A DNA stretch of 63,975 nt, the filler included, from Vicugna vicugna (lineage: Eukaryota), in the NCBI GenBank assembly GCA_013265495.1. It is 78 parts of 78 records of this genome, joined end to end, with 100 filler letters (N's around TTAATTAATTAA, not from the genome) between each part and the next. Parts side by side here need not be neighbours in the genome. Positions count along the whole stretch, not along the records: positions 61,849 to 62,230 come from PNXW01021741.1; positions 62,331 to 63,113 come from PNXW01021742.1; positions 63,214 to 63,710 come from PNXW01021743.1; positions 63,811 to 63,975 come from MU062034.1; 74 more parts are not named here. One strand, 5' to 3'. The notes under the pieces were generated by a model that was given only the letters and a program-made list of their open reading frames with translations, made no database searches and was not told the DNA's origin. Shown here piece after piece: positions 61,849 through 63,975 of this stretch. Positions within the stretch are counted from its first letter, which is position 1, and each line of letters starts with the position of its first letter. The translations under genes were made by a program, and so were the position numbers.

Positions 61849-62230
61849 GGGATTCATATTTGGAGATTTCAACACTGCATTAACATCACTGGAAATATCA
61901 TTGAGACAGATAAAAAATTAGGCAACAGAGAAGTTAAATAATACAGTAGAAATATTGCACTTGGTGGATATATTCACAGCATTGCACACCCTACAAAATA
62001 GGATATATAGTCTTTTCAAGGGCATGTGGAATATTTTCCAGGATTCATGATGAACTTGGGCACAAAAGAAACCTCAGCAAATTTAAAAGTTAATACCCCA
62101 AGCATCTTTTCTTGACCAAAATGCATGGAACCAAAAATCAACAACAGAGAAACAAAGGAGAACAAAAGGAAACCATGGGGATTAAACAATATGTTTTTAA
62201 AAACTAATGGGTCAATGAAGAAATCAAAGC
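61849..62230 (+). mobile_element. LINE-1 ORF2 endonuclease region, degenerate
   Basis: ggagatttcaacactgcattaacatcact and cttgggcacaaaagaaacctcagcaa are shared with 14680-14900. Confidence 0.9.
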
Positions 62231-62330
62231 NNNNNNNNNNNNNNNNNNNNNNNNNNNNNNNNNNNNNNNNNNNNTTAATTAATTAANNNNNNNNNNNNNN
62301 NNNNNNNNNNNNNNNNNNNNNNNNNNNNNN

Positions 62331-63113
62331 CTAAATTCTATATTCAGTATTCTTTATTCTATATTCTAAATTATGGGTTCTACATTCTATATTCAAAATT
62401 CTCTGTTCAGTATTCTTTATTCTATATTCTAAATTCTGTGTTCTGAATTCCATGTTCTAAATCTGTGTTCTGTATTCTGTTTTCCATATTCTATATTCTG
62501 TGTTCTACATTCGATAATCTATATTGAATTTTCTGCATTCCGTATTCTATATTCTGTGTTCTACATTCTATATTCTAAATTCTATATTCAGTATTCTGTA
62601 TTCTAAATTCTAAATTCTGTGTTCTAAATTCTATGTTGTATATTTTGGTTTCTATATACTCTAATCAATATTCTATATTTTGTGTTCTTCATGCTATATT
62701 CTGTGTTCTATATTCTAACCCTGTATTTTCTCTATTCTGTGTTCTTCATTGTATATTCTAAATTTTATATTAAGTATTCTGTATTCTGTATTCTAAATTC
62801 TGTGTTCTACATTCCATGTTCTAAATTCTGGGTTCTATATTCTCTATTCTATATTCTATATTCTGTGTTCTACATTCCATGTTCTAAATTCTGGGTTCTA
62901 TATTCTCTATTCTATATTCTATATTCTGTGTTCTACATTCTATATTCTAAATTCTATATTCAGTATTTTTAATGTATATTCTAAGTTCTCTGTTCTATAT
63001 TGTATATTCTAAACACTATATTCAGTATTCTGTGTTCTATATTCTTAGTTCTGTGTTGTGCATTCCAAGTTTTCAATTCTTGGTTTTGTATTGTGTTTTC
63101 CATATTCTATATT
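62331..63113. repeat. SatD satellite with a near-perfect 63-bp duplication
   Basis: tgtgttctacattccatgttctaaattctgggttc at 62801 and 62864. Confidence 0.93.
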
Positions 63114-63810
63114 NNNNNNNNNNNNNNNNNNNNNNNNNNNNNNNNNNNNNNNNNNNNTTAATTAATTAANNNNNNNNNNNNNNNNNNNNNNNNNNNNNNN
63201 NNNNNNNNNNNNNAGTTCTGTGTTTCCAGCAGTGTTGGTGAAGGATGGCTTCCACACATATTCGGATTTCTCTCCTCCTCAATCTTCTGCTTAGACATCA
63301 ATGCAGGTTGTGTATTGTGGAAGCCAAGGAAATTTTTTTCATTTAGGATCAGCCTCGGAGAAAACTGAGACCTGCTTCTGCTTCTTTTCCCTGCTAGATT
63401 TCCTCTTGGTGCATTTCCAATCCTCACGAGTGAGTTCCTTTAACCAAGTAATTATTTCAAAAAAGTGGGCAGGTTTCCATAGGGCCATTACTTCTTTTAT
63501 ATTCTTGTTTTTTAATACCTCTCTTCCATCTCTTTATCTCCAAGTGTCTTATTTCTATGTCCTTTGGTTTGGGCTGATGGCTAATCAGCATTAGTGTAGA
63601 AATTGTTGCTTGGTATTACTGTTCTATATTCTTTCCATGGATATTTGATTTATCATTACTTCTTTAAAAAATTCTGGTAAGTAACTTGTGGGGGATTCTG
63701 TTTCTCTTGGNNNNNNNNNNNNNNNNNNNNNNNNNNNNNNNNNNNNNNNNNNNNTTAATTAATTAANNNNNNNNNNNNNNNNNNNNNNNNNNNNNNNNNN
63801 NNNNNNNNNN

Positions 63811-63845
<35 letters not shown>
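63811..63845. repeat. (TTA)n microsatellite
   Basis: About 11 tta units. Confidence 0.9.
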
Positions 63846-63849
63846 TTGG

Positions 63850-63975
63850 AAAATAAACAACACAGAGAAGACTTTAGCTAGAATATGAAAAAGTGAAAAG
63901 TCTCAAAAAAATCAGAAATCAGAAAAAGAGAAATTACAACAGATGCCTGAAAAAAGTGAACAGTTATATAAGAAC
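63850..63975 (+). mobile_element. Decayed LINE-1 ORF2 fragment
   Basis: aaaatcagaaat...gagaaattacaacagatgcc. Confidence 0.6.

Larger units (their letters stand above)
443..63810. other. Recurrent artificial contig-joining spacer N44-TTAATTAATTAA-N44 (first copy 443-542, last 63711-63810; 77 counted)
   Basis: The same 12-mer sits in a ~100-bp N block at every junction (e.g. 487, 1018, 2253, 2766). It is palindromic with stop codons in all six frames, and the flanking sequences are unrelated. Confidence 0.98.

Noticed and set aside
487..63766. Regularly recurring TTAATTAATTAA as a CRISPR-like or biological repeat
   Set aside because: It is always centred in a fixed N block and is an all-frame-stop assembly linker; the intervening DNA is mammalian repeat sequence and there are no cas genes.

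Overview
This window is not one contiguous locus. It is an artificial concatenation of about 78 short (0.2-1.5 kb) unplaced mammalian contigs or mini-scaffolds. They are joined by a 100-bp spacer, essentially N44-TTAATTAATTAA-N44, which I counted 77 times, so adjacency across a spacer has no biological meaning. The tRNA-Ala-derived SINEs and the L1 3' ends resemble camelid elements (alpaca/llama/camel); this host call is from recall and is unverified. About 35 pieces are satellite-like, under my own labels: SatA, a CpG-rich ~266-267-bp monomer; SatC, a related but diverged ~258-267-bp multimer; SatB, an AT-rich ~245-248-bp monomer in a ~740-bp trimeric higher-order repeat (HOR); SatG, a ~249-bp relative of SatB; SatD, a heptamer-based (NNAGAAT) satellite with 63-bp higher-order units; and two unclassified multicopy ~750-bp sequences, E and F. 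One contig holds the 3' end of 28S rRNA, the 3'ETS and Sal-box Pol I terminators. The rest is L1, L2, MIR, MaLR, ERVL, MER2 and MER5A fragments, SINEs, simple repeats and anonymous unique DNA. No host protein-coding gene or novel gene system is supportable. The most interesting signals are the satellite relationships and hierarchies and the rDNA terminator layout.
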